The notes beneath the pieces were generated by a model. The model did not search any database and had not been told where the DNA came from. It saw only the letters and a program-made list of their open reading frames with translations. Positions 50,833 to 59,585 of a stretch of DNA of 64,000 nt are shown here, in pieces. Origin of the DNA: Anaerolineae bacterium (GTDB lineage Bacteria > Chloroflexota > Anaerolineae > J102). The position numbers and the translations under genes were made by a program. The DNA lies in contig JALXCB010000112.1 of assembly GCA_026991225.1 (NCBI GenBank), positions 1,917-65,916 on the forward strand, written 5' to 3'. The first letter of the stretch is position 1. Every line of letters begins with the position of its first letter.

Positions 50833-52719
50833 TCAAAGCAACACCCGATAATCGCCCTGGCGGCGGGTGGTGCGCTCTCTGTCGAGATGCTCCAGGAAGG
50901 CGAGGATGTATTTGCGACTGGCTCCAAACAGATCGCGGCACTCGGCCACCGTGATCTGGCCGTGGGTTTGCAGGTAATCGAGGGTGCGGGCCAGCATGTC
51001 GTCGTAGGTCGCTTTCAGGAAGAGCACGTCCGGCCCGACGCGCACCAGGTCGCCCCGTTGTAGCAGCGCGGTCAGGGTTTCGTCATCCACCATCTCCAGG
51101 GCCTGTCGGTAGGAGGGCGGGGTGTAGGGCTGCGCATGGAATTGGGCCAGCAGCCGGTCTGCCGCGGCTTGCTGACGGGGCGTGAATCGGGGCTGGAAAT
51201 CGGTCAGGGCCAGAAAGCCCCGGTCTTCCCGCAAAACGCCTTGGGCCAATGCCCGATCCACAACGGCATTGAATACGCGCACACTCCAGCCGCTTCGCGG
51301 CTCCAGGCGGCCCTTGAGCGCGTCGCGGGGCATGCCCAGCCAGGCGGGATGCTCCTCGTGGTAGGCAGTCAGAATGCGTTGCATCCGGGCAACGATCCGC
51401 TCCCACGCGGGATCGCTCATCAGCTCGGGCAGGTCGTCGGCCAGCCGCCACGCCCGCCCCGAATCCAGCAGGTTGGTCAGGGCCGCGTCCACCTGCTCGG
51501 GCGTGAGTTGCAGGGCCTCGGCAATGGCTTTGGGCGGCACAGGCCCCCGCCCGTCGATGGTCAGGGCCGCCAGTTCGATGGGATCGTTGCGAAGCAGGGC
51601 CTCGAAGCGACGGAAGAGGTCGGGACGGCGGCGCTTGTGGCGGCGGCGGGGCGCGGGATCGACGATGACGCCGCCGCCTAACGTGGCGCTGGGGGAGGGA
51701 CGGCGGATGATGAAGCGATCGCCGCGGCTCACGGCCACGGGATCGCGCAGCTCGATCTGGGCCCAGGTCGCTTCTCCGGGCAACAGCTCATCCCCTTCCA
51801 GCAGCCGCAGCTTGCCGATGGTCTCGGCCGAACCGCTGTGGAAGGTGATCTCCATGTTGTGGCGGAGGATGGCGGGCGCGTCCTCCCAGGCCCGCAGACG
51901 CACATCCACCCGTTTGGAGCTCTTCACCCGGCCCGGAGCCGTGAGCACCTGGCCGCGATGCAGTTGGCTGGGATGGAGGCCCGTGAGGTTGACGGCCACG
52001 CGCGAGCCGGGCAAGGCGGTTTCGATGCGTTGTTTGTGGGATTGCAGGCCGCGGATGCGGGCCTGGAGGCCTCCCGGTTCGATGACGATCTCATCCCCCA
52101 CCTGCAGCACGCCCTCCTTGAGCGTGCCCGTGACCACCGTGCCAAACCCGGCCATGCTGAAGGCCCGGTCGATGAACAGCCGCGGCGGGCCTTCGGCGGG
52201 GTGAGGTGGGGCTTGCGCCAGCGCATCCTGCAAGGCGAGCAGCAGATCGTCCAGGCCCTGGCCCGTGTAGGCCGACACGGGCACGATGGGCGCTTCCGCC
52301 AGCGTGGTTCCCTGCAATTCCTCCCGCAGTTCTTCCTCCACCAGCTCCAGCCAGCCCTCTTCCTCGACCAGATCGATCTTGGTCAGGGCCACCACCCCGC
52401 GCGGCACAGCCAGCAGGTCGAGCACCGCCAGATGCTCATGGGTTTGCGGCATGACGCCCTCGTCCGCGGCCACCACCAACAGGGCCGCGTCCACCGCGCC
52501 CACGCCCGCCACCATGTTCTTGATGAAGTCGATATGGCCGGGCACATCGACGATGCCCACGGGCTCGCCATCAGGCAGGGTGAGCCAGGCGAAGCCCAAA
52601 TCGATGGTCATGCCCCGACGTTTTTCCTCGGCCAGCCGGTCGGGATCGATGCCGGTGAGAGCCTGGATGAGGGTGGATTTCCCGTGGTCGACATGGCCGG
52701 CCGTGGCGATGACTTTCAT
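50833..52719 (-). CDS. selB: selenocysteine-specific translation elongation factor
   Basis: 628 aa. MKVIATAGHVDHGKSTLIQALTGIDPDRLAEEKRRGMTIDLGF, DVPGH, TKIDL, plus a long winged-helix C-terminal extension. Confidence 0.9.
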   Translation of the reverse strand: MKVIATAGHVDHGKSTLIQALTGIDPDRLAEEKRRGMTIDLGFAWLTLPDGEPVGIVDVPGHIDFIKNMVAGVGAVDAALLVVAADEGVMPQTHEHLAVLDLLAVPRGVVALTKIDLVEEEGWLELVEEELREELQGTTLAEAPIVPVSAYTGQGLDDLLLALQDALAQAPPHPAEGPPRLFIDRAFSMAGFGTVVTGTLKEGVLQVGDEIVIEPGGLQARIRGLQSHKQRIETALPGSRVAVNLTGLHPSQLHRGQVLTAPGRVKSSKRVDVRLRAWEDAPAILRHNMEITFHSGSAETIGKLRLLEGDELLPGEATWAQIELRDPVAVSRGDRFIIRRPSPSATLGGGVIVDPAPRRRHKRRRPDLFRRFEALLRNDPIELAALTIDGRGPVPPKAIAEALQLTPEQVDAALTNLLDSGRAWRLADDLPELMSDPAWERIVARMQRILTAYHEEHPAWLGMPRDALKGRLEPRSGWSVRVFNAVVDRALAQGVLREDRGFLALTDFQPRFTPRQQAAADRLLAQFHAQPYTPPSYRQALEMVDDETLTALLQRGDLVRVGPDVLFLKATYDDMLARTLDYLQTHGQITVAECRDLFGASRKYILAFLEHLDRERTTRRQGDYRVLL

Positions 52720-52725
52720 CTCGGA

Positions 52726-53943
52726 TCAAGCGGGCTGTTCGGTTTCCTTGTATTTGCGGGCGATGGCCTCTCGGGCCTCGGCCGACTTTTGAATCTCCGC
52801 CAGCCATTGCTGGGCGGAGCGCAACCCCGCCCGACTCTGCTCGTCGAGGATCGCCCAGAACAGCTCCAGCAGTTCTTCCGCCTGGTCGAGTTGACGTTGG
52901 AGCGCGGGAAAACGGTCGTTGATGGCCGCGTTGAGCTGATCCTGGCGATCCCAGCGATATTGCCATTCCAGAAGTTGTTTCTTCCAGCGCTTCTCGTTGT
53001 CGGCCAGGAAAACCTCCATTTCCTTCTTCATCCGCTCCTCCGCCAGACGCTGCAATGCCGCCACCTGCTCTTGCTCCCGTTTCAGGGTCTCGCGGAATTT
53101 CTCCAGGTCGACCAGCATCCGCCGGATTTCATCCTTGAGCCCCAGCATTTCAGCAAATCGCTCGCGGGATTCCTCAATGAGCTTGAATTGCGTCTCCAGC
53201 GTCTCCTGCCACTCCGCCATCTGGCGCTGACGGTCGGCGTCGGCCAGCTTCAGGGATTCGATGAACTGGGCCTGGGTGCGTTTCAGGTCTTCGATGGCCT
53301 CGGGGATGGGGGCCATGCTCCCCTCCATCTTCTGCAACCGATACTCCAGCGTCTGCAATTTGTTGGCGGCGGCGTCCAGGCGTTTGAACAGCTCGATGTT
53401 TTCCTGCTGAAGCTGGGCGATGCGTCGGTTGTCGTGATTGCGCTGTTCGATGAGGTAAGGCAGCCCGCGCGTGCGTTCATCGATGTCCTTGTTGAGGTTG
53501 GTGAAGTCGTGGCGCAGGGCGATGGTGAGCTCGCTCAGACGCTGCACTTCGGCCTTGCGGATCTTCAGCTCCTCTTCGATAGGGCGAAGGCGGCCCAGTT
53601 CCTTGCGCAGTTCGGCGATGGAACGGGAGAGGGCCTGGCGGTCGGTCATCCGGGCCTGTTCCAGCTCCCGACGCGTCTTGGCAAGCTCTTCCGATTGGCT
53701 GGTGACCATGAGGGTGAGCTCGTTGCGCATGTTCTGCATCGATTCATCGATCTGATCGAAGCGCCCAAGCTGCATCCGGGCCGCGGAAAGCTGCGTCTCC
53801 AGGGTTTTGATGCGGCGGGCCTGTTCCTGGATGGTGTTCGTTTGGGCCTCGACGCGTTGCTGCAATTTCGTAAGCTCTTCCCGGTCCCGGCGGTGCTGCT
53901 CGTCGAGCCAGGTTACCATTTGGGCCAGTTGGGTGATATCCAT
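52726..53943 (-). CDS. coiled-coil protein, function unknown
   Basis: 405 aa, heptad-rich and rich in E/R/Q/L throughout. Co-directional with selB, 6 nt upstream of it. Confidence 0.7.
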   Translation of the reverse strand: MDITQLAQMVTWLDEQHRRDREELTKLQQRVEAQTNTIQEQARRIKTLETQLSAARMQLGRFDQIDESMQNMRNELTLMVTSQSEELAKTRRELEQARMTDRQALSRSIAELRKELGRLRPIEEELKIRKAEVQRLSELTIALRHDFTNLNKDIDERTRGLPYLIEQRNHDNRRIAQLQQENIELFKRLDAAANKLQTLEYRLQKMEGSMAPIPEAIEDLKRTQAQFIESLKLADADRQRQMAEWQETLETQFKLIEESRERFAEMLGLKDEIRRMLVDLEKFRETLKREQEQVAALQRLAEERMKKEMEVFLADNEKRWKKQLLEWQYRWDRQDQLNAAINDRFPALQRQLDQAEELLELFWAILDEQSRAGLRSAQQWLAEIQKSAEAREAIARKYKETEQPA

Positions 53944-54093
53944 AAGCGTTCGGGTTTATGGGCGGAGGGATGGAAAGAATCATCTCGCGGCGCTGAAGAG
54001 GCCGCGCGGCATGGCGTTCAGATTTCGCATTATAACATAATTCGGGACGAGAGGCGCGAAAAAGCAGGGCGCTTCGATTTCAGAACGCCCTGC

Positions 54094-54300
54094 TATGAAA
54101 ATAGGATGATCATCGGTTGCGGAAGGATCGCCAGGCCGACGTCGAGCGAGTCTGCGACAGACGTGATGCGTGAAAATGTGAAACGTGAGAGCGTTACGCA
54201 TCACGCATTACGCATTACGTGCCTGGCTTCCCGCGCCAACCTGGCCGGGGGGCGTTTTCATCGGTATCGGTGCGGGTTTGCCCGCCGTCGGACTGTTTTG
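54094..54300. repeat. 'CGTGATGCGT' hairpin repeat (copy 2)
   Basis: GAAGGATCGCCAGGCCGACG...GACGTGATGCGTGAAAATGTGAAACGTGAGAGCGTTACGCATCACGCATTACG...AACCTGGCCGGGGGGCGTTTTCATCGGTATCGG. Matches the 10056 and 59358 copies. Confidence 0.8.
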
Positions 54301-54431
54301 AAAAGGATTTGGTAAACCGGTAGACCGGGCGGTGTGAATCGGCCTGGTTTCCCTGGTTTCCTGGTCTACAGGTTTACAGGGCTACGCAGCCCGCCACTTT
54401 CGTTCGTATCGGCGAGCGTCGCTCGCGGCGC

Positions 54432-55286
54432 CTATTTCCGCCAATCATAGAACCCCTGGCCCGATTTGCGACCCAGCAGGCCCGCGGCCACCATCTGCCG
54501 CAGCAGGGGCGGCGCTTTGAAGTTGGGATCGCCGTATTCCTCGTAGAGCACGTCCGCCACGAACAGGGTCGTGTCCAGGCCCACGAAATCGGCCAGGGTG
54601 AGCGGGCCCATGGGGTGGTTCAGGCCCAGCTTCACGCCCGTGTCGATATCCTCCTTGGTGGCCAGGCCCGATTCATACATGCGGATGGCGTCCAGCAGGA
54701 AGGGGATGAGCAGGCGGTTGACGATGAAGCCGGGGCTATCCTTGGCCACGACGGGCGTTTTGCCCATGCGCTCGCCAATGGCCCGGGCGGTGGCCAGGGT
54801 CTCGTCGCTGGTGAGAATGCCGCGCACCAGCTCCAGCAGGGCCATGACGGGCACGGGATTGAAGAAGTGCATGCCTACGACTTTGTCGGGCCGTTGGGTG
54901 GCCGCGGCCAGGGCCGCGATGCTGATGGAGGAGGTGTTGGAGGCCAGGATCACATCGGGGCGGGTGATTTCATCCAGGGTGCGGAAGATATCCCGCTTGA
55001 GGTCCATGTTCTCGGACACGGCCTCGATGACCAGATCGACGTCCTTGAACGCGTCCAGCCCCACGACGCCCGTGATGCGGGCCTTGATAGCGGCCGCGTC
55101 CTCCTCGCTCAATTTGCCCTTCTTCACCGCCCGCGCCAGGGATTTGTCGATGCGGGCGAGGCCGGCCTGCAGAAAATCGTCATTGGCCTCGGACACGATA
55201 ACATCGAAGCCCGACCGGGCCGCGACTTCGACGATGCCGGAGCCCATCAGGCCGCAGCCGACGACGCCGATAGTTTGGATAGTCAT
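54432..55286 (-). CDS. hbd: 3-hydroxybutyryl-CoA / 3-hydroxyacyl-CoA dehydrogenase
   Basis: IGVVGCGLMGSGI (Rossmann), ASNTSS, and MHFFNPVPVM..LELV motifs. 284 aa. Confidence 0.92.
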   Translation of the reverse strand: MTIQTIGVVGCGLMGSGIVEVAARSGFDVIVSEANDDFLQAGLARIDKSLARAVKKGKLSEEDAAAIKARITGVVGLDAFKDVDLVIEAVSENMDLKRDIFRTLDEITRPDVILASNTSSISIAALAAATQRPDKVVGMHFFNPVPVMALLELVRGILTSDETLATARAIGERMGKTPVVAKDSPGFIVNRLLIPFLLDAIRMYESGLATKEDIDTGVKLGLNHPMGPLTLADFVGLDTTLFVADVLYEEYGDPNFKAPPLLRQMVAAGLLGRKSGQGFYDWRK

Positions 55287-55552
55287 GTTTTTTCTCCTTG
55301 AAAGATGCAGTAACTACTAAACTAAACGCATTTTGAAATCAGGTGTTTTCGGTCACGGCCACCCGGAGCTGAAGCCCGGGCTATGAAACGACGCCGGGTG
55401 AACCCGGCTTCCTGCGGCGAGAGACCTGCGCCGTAGCCCCATTCATGGGGCGTCGTTTTTAGCCCGCAGGTTCACCTGCGGGCGGCAGCGCGGCCAGAGA
55501 ATCGCCTTTCATGGATGATCCAATGCAAACCAAAAGCCTTGGTTTCATTTTG

Positions 55553-55708
55553 CTTTCAGTTTAAGGTCGCGCCGCCGCTTTTTGCCACAAAGACACGAAG
55601 AAAAGCGAAGGTGCGACGTATTTTTCTTTATTTTTCCCTTCGTGTCTTCGAAAAACTTCGAGCCTTCGTGGCTTTTGGCGGCCTAAAGTCAAGTACGTTA
55701 GCAGTTAC
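55553..55708. mobile_element. MITE, type 2 (degenerate left end)
   Basis: ..TTTAAGGTCGCGCCGCCGCTTTTTGCCACAAAGACACGAAG...GGCCTAAAGTCAAGTACGTTAGCAGTTAC. Collinear with 8880-9033. Confidence 0.65.
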
Positions 55709-55812
55709 CAAGCCAAAAGTTGCTTGTTCGCCTCCCGGAGGCGCGAAGACAATGGGATGACAATGGAAGAGGAAAAACGACTGCGCGACCGAATGACTGC
55801 GCGACCGAACGA

Positions 55813-56418
55813 CTACTCCTCCATCTCCCGGATCTGGTGGGCCAGGATGATGGCTTCGGCGACGACGCGCATGGGCTTGCGCGAGTCCATGGAGAGCTTC
55901 TGGATACGGCGGAACGCCTCCGCCTCGGTCATGCCCTCCTTGTCCATGAGCAAACCCTTGGCCCGGTCCACGGCTTTACGCGTCTCCAACGCCCGCTTCA
56001 GGTCCGCAGCTTCCTTCTTGATGGCCCGAAATTCATGAAAGCGCTCCAACGCCGTCTCGATGGCGGGGGCCAGGTCCGCTTCGGAGAAGGGCTTGACCAG
56101 ATAGCCGACCACGCCCGCCTCCTTGGCCCGGTCCACCAGGTCCCGTTGGCTGTAAGCGCTGAGGAGCAGCACCGGCGCGATATCCTCCGCGGTCAGCACC
56201 CGGGCCGCATCGATGCCGTCGAAGTCATCCCCCTCGAAGCGAATGTCCATGATCACCAGGTCGGGCTTGAGCTTGCGGGCCATCTCCACCGCGGTGCGAC
56301 CATCGCTGGCTTCGCCGACCACCAGATAGCCCTGTTCCTCCAGCATCTCCCGCAGATCCCGCCGGATCAGCGATTCATCATCAGCAATAATGATTCGTGT
56401 GCGTTGTGATTGCGTCAT
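55813..56418 (-). CDS. response regulator with ANTAR RNA-binding output domain (PdtaR/AmiR-like)
   Basis: REC domain IIIADDESLIRRDL...PDLVIMDI. ANTAR domain AVDRAKGLLMDKEGMTEAEAFRRIQKLSMDSRKPMRVVAEAII. Confidence 0.9.
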   Translation of the reverse strand: MTQSQRTRIIIADDESLIRRDLREMLEEQGYLVVGEASDGRTAVEMARKLKPDLVIMDIRFEGDDFDGIDAARVLTAEDIAPVLLLSAYSQRDLVDRAKEAGVVGYLVKPFSEADLAPAIETALERFHEFRAIKKEAADLKRALETRKAVDRAKGLLMDKEGMTEAEAFRRIQKLSMDSRKPMRVVAEAIILAHQIREMEE

Positions 56419-57989
56419 TGCAGTTGACCTCCAGGGGCTTCTTTGGGGAAGAGCAGCCTTGCTCTCACGCCCCCCTGTGGAAGGGTAGTAAATTCGATGG
56501 TTCCTTTTAGATCATCCTGCACCAAGGTGCGGATAATGTCAAGCCCGATGCTGGCGCTTTTCTCGGGTGAAAAGTCCTCGGGCAGGCCGCGACCGGTGTC
56601 TTCCATGATCAGCTCCACCTGATCGTCGCGGTCGTATAGTTGAATACGGATCTCGCCCGACGCATGTTCCCCAAACCCGTGCTTCACCGAGTTGAGCAGC
56701 AATTCGTTGAAGACCAGGGCACAGGCCGTGACCTTGTTCGTGGGCAGTTGGATGTCATCGACATGGGTGAAGCGGATGCGGATCTGGCGATGGGGCGCAG
56801 CGATGCTCATCTGGGTCTGGGCCGCGATCTGGGTGAGCACGTCGCTGAGGTTCAGCGTTTCGCTTTCGCCATGAGCGAGGGAATCATGGATGACGGCCAT
56901 GCTTTTGAGGCGATTCATGGCCTCGCCCAGCAGCTCGCGGGCCTCCTCGGTTTGGGCCCGGCGGCGCTGCATGCGCATAATGGAGATCAGCAGTTGCAGA
57001 TTGTTTTTCAGTCGATGATGCACCTCTTTGATCATCGCCGTCTTGATTTTGATCTCCGCCTCGGTCTCGCGCAATTCGGTGACGTCGTCCACCAGCAGCA
57101 GCGCACCATAGCGATCGCGCATCCGCCCGCGCCAGCGTCTGCGCTCCCACAGGGTGAGGTGATCGGGCTGGCCGAACAGGGGGATGACGCTGCGTTGCAG
57201 GATGCGCTTCCGCACCGTCGACTCTTCGGTCAGGCACCGGCGCGTCTCCCAGGCCCGATGCACCAGCTCCTGGTCGCCCGCGGCCACCTCATCCAGCGTC
57301 CTCATGCGCAAATCATCCAGATATCCCAGCCTGCGATAAATGTTGGCGGCGATGCCGCTGAGATAGCGGTAACGCCCCAGCCCATCGATGAAGAGGATGC
57401 CGCTGCGGTCGGTGAAGGGCGGCAGGCTCCCGCAGCCCGCGAGTTCGCCGCGGGCCAGTTCCTTGAAGAATTGGGTGAGCGCCAGTTGAAAGGATCGGGA
57501 CCGTCGCTTGTGCCGCTCCAGTTCCACGGCATTGGTGTAAATCCCGATGGCGGCGATGACCTCGTCCGACTCCCCCATCACCGGCCACACCTGTTGCTGC
57601 ACCTGACCCAGCGCGTCCGGGATATCCTTCAACATGCGGCGCATGTAGTCCCCGCGAGAGATCGCCTGCCAGATCCATGGCCGATCCTCCGCAGCCAGGC
57701 AGCGCCCGGCCTGCCGATTGGGGAAGAGGGTGGCCATGGCGTGAGAACGGGCATGGATCGCCACACAGAACTCATCCTCCCCGGGTTGAAAGAGGAAGAG
57801 GTCGGAGCGGGAGATATCCGCGGCAATAGGCAGCGCCTCCTTCACCTGTCCCAGCAAGGCCCGATCTCCCTCCGTCAATGGGGCGGTCAATTGGTCCCAA
57901 ATTGCGTCATCGAAATCCAGATAAGAGATGTCCACGGGAATCATCAACGAGCGGGGGCGGCTGATTGCGCCTGGTTCAGGCATCATCAT
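56415..57989 (-). CDS. sensor histidine kinase, HisKA_2/HWE-like (PdtaS-like)
   Basis: H-box EVHHRLKNNLQLLISIM and an ATPase domain (DTGRGLPEDF). The start is set at the ATG cluster 57981-57989 because the track's longer N-terminus overlaps tRNA-Pro. 4-nt overlap with the regulator gene. Confidence 0.85.
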   Translation of the reverse strand: MMMPEPGAISRPRSLMIPVDISYLDFDDAIWDQLTAPLTEGDRALLGQVKEALPIAADISRSDLFLFQPGEDEFCVAIHARSHAMATLFPNRQAGRCLAAEDRPWIWQAISRGDYMRRMLKDIPDALGQVQQQVWPVMGESDEVIAAIGIYTNAVELERHKRRSRSFQLALTQFFKELARGELAGCGSLPPFTDRSGILFIDGLGRYRYLSGIAANIYRRLGYLDDLRMRTLDEVAAGDQELVHRAWETRRCLTEESTVRKRILQRSVIPLFGQPDHLTLWERRRWRGRMRDRYGALLLVDDVTELRETEAEIKIKTAMIKEVHHRLKNNLQLLISIMRMQRRRAQTEEARELLGEAMNRLKSMAVIHDSLAHGESETLNLSDVLTQIAAQTQMSIAAPHRQIRIRFTHVDDIQLPTNKVTACALVFNELLLNSVKHGFGEHASGEIRIQLYDRDDQVELIMEDTGRGLPEDFSPEKSASIGLDIIRTLVQDDLKGTIEFTTLPQGGVRARLLFPKEAPGGQLQ

Positions 57990-58091
57990 CGATGCTTGAA
58001 TCGGAGAGACGCATGCGCCCTGACGAGGATCGCCGCACCCTGAAAAAGGCGAAGATAGAACAAGGGCCGATGGTTGCCCATCGGCCCAGTC

Positions 58092-58168
58092 TGGTCGGGG
58101 CGGGGCGATTCGAACGCCCGACCTCTTGAACCCCATTCAAGCGCGCTACCGAGCTGCGCTACGCCCCG
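58092..58168 (-). tRNA. tRNA-Pro (anticodon GGG)
   Basis: Minus-strand sequence CGGGGCG-TA-GCGC-AGCTCGGTA-GCGC-G-CTTGA-ATGGGGT-TCAAG-AGGTC-GGGCG-TTCGAAT-CGCCC-CGCCCCG-A-CCA. Full cloverleaf, 77 nt, with encoded CCA. Confidence 0.93.
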
Positions 58169-58232
58169 ACAGCAAAGGTAAGTATAGTCAAACGGGGCGC
58201 GAATGTCAAGTCCTCTGTGCTATAATCGGCCC

Positions 58233-59357
58233 ATGGTCTCCCTCGCCATCGTTCACGACTGGTTGAATCAGGTGGGCGGCGCGGAGGATGTGCTGGCCGA
58301 AATGCACGCACTTTATCCCTCCGCTCCCATCTACACCTCCATCTACGCGCCCGAAAAAATGCCCGCGGCCATGCGCGGCTGGGATATCCGCACGACCTGG
58401 ATGGATCGTTTGCCGGGCGTCTACGATCATCACCAGCCCTACCTGCCCTTTTACCCCCTGGCCTTTGGCCGACTCGACCTCACCGCCTACGATGTCGTGC
58501 TCAGCAACAAGTCGGGATTTTGTCATGGCGTGCGGGTGCGGGAGGACGCGTATCACATCGACTACTGTCTGACTCCCACCCGTTATGTGTGGATGCCCGA
58601 CGCCTACATGGCGCGGGAGGGCTTCGGCAAGGCGGTGGAGTGGGGCGCAAAGCCGCTGCTGGCCTGGCTGAAGCGCTGGGATTACGAAGCCGCCCAGCGG
58701 GTGACCCACTTCGTGGCGATTTCGCACGAAGTGCAGGATCGCATCCGCCGCTACTATCAGCGGGAGAGCGTGATCATCTATCCGCCCGTGGACACAAGCC
58801 GCTTTCGTCCCAACGACCGTCCTCCCGAGCCCTTTTTCCTCGTCCTCAGCCGCCTCATCCCCTACAAGCGCATCGATCTGGCGGTGCGGGCGTGCAATCG
58901 GGTCGGATGTCGGCTGATTGTGGCGGGAGATGGCCGGGATCGGGCGGCGCTGGAAGCCATCGCCGGCCCCACCATCGAATTCCGCGGCCGGGTGTCCGAC
59001 GCGGAGGCGGAAGACCTCATGGCCCGCTGTCAGGCTTTTCTCTTCCCGGGCCTGGAAGATTTCGGCATCACGCCCTTGCAAGCCCAGGCCGCGGGCCGTC
59101 CCGTCATCGCCTATGGCGCGGGCGGCGCGCTGGATACGGTCATCCCCGGCGTCACGGGCGAATTCTTCCACGAACCAACGCCCGAGGCCCTGGCCGAACT
59201 CCTGGCGGATTTCGATCGCGCTCGCTATGACCCGGCTGCATGCCGCGCCAACGCCGAACGTTTCAGCGTCGAGCGCTTTCGCCGCGAGTTGGGGGAGTAT
59301 GTGGCGCGCGTGGCCTCGGGCCAGGAGCCGCCTTCGGCGTATCTGTTCCGAAAATAG
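58233..59357 (+). CDS. glycosyltransferase family 4
   Basis: ATG 58233 gives MVSLAIVHDWLNQVGGAEDVL. EDFGITPLQAQAAGRPVIAYGAGG motif. The final codons LFRK-TAG lie in the shared repeat junction. Confidence 0.88.
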   Translation: MVSLAIVHDWLNQVGGAEDVLAEMHALYPSAPIYTSIYAPEKMPAAMRGWDIRTTWMDRLPGVYDHHQPYLPFYPLAFGRLDLTAYDVVLSNKSGFCHGVRVREDAYHIDYCLTPTRYVWMPDAYMAREGFGKAVEWGAKPLLAWLKRWDYEAAQRVTHFVAISHEVQDRIRRYYQRESVIIYPPVDTSRFRPNDRPPEPFFLVLSRLIPYKRIDLAVRACNRVGCRLIVAGDGRDRAALEAIAGPTIEFRGRVSDAEAEDLMARCQAFLFPGLEDFGITPLQAQAAGRPVIAYGAGGALDTVIPGVTGEFFHEPTPEALAELLADFDRARYDPAACRANAERFSVERFRRELGEYVARVASGQEPPSAYLFRK

Positions 59358-59545
59358 CGTTGTGGTTGGTTGAGAAAGGATCGCCAAGCCAAGATTGGCC
59401 GAGGCGGCAACGGGCGTGATGCGTGAAAAGGTGAAACGTGAGATCGTTACGCATCACGCATCACGCATTACGTGCCTGGCTTCCCGCGCCAACCTGGCCG
59501 CGGGGCGTTTTCATCGGTATCGGCGCGGGCCTGCCCGCCATTGGG
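59358..59545. repeat. 'CGTGATGCGT' hairpin repeat (copy 3)
   Basis: Collinear with 10056-10210, starting immediately after an identical TGTTCCGAAAATAG gene end. Confidence 0.8.
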
Positions 59546-59585
59546 CTTCATCCCCCCGTTCACACACTTTCTCACGAATTCACTT

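Noticed and set aside
51838-54315. 825-aa plus-strand ORF, the longest ORF in this region.
   Set aside because: It is antisense to selB and the coiled-coil gene, has low-complexity G/A/R/L/Q-rich composition and no motifs. The minus-strand genes carry clear family signatures. This is a typical high-GC shadow ORF.
57990-58136. N-terminal extension of the histidine kinase ORF ([17 protein letters not shown]...).
   Set aside because: This stretch is the reverse complement of tRNA-Pro(GGG) at 58092-58168, so it cannot be coding.
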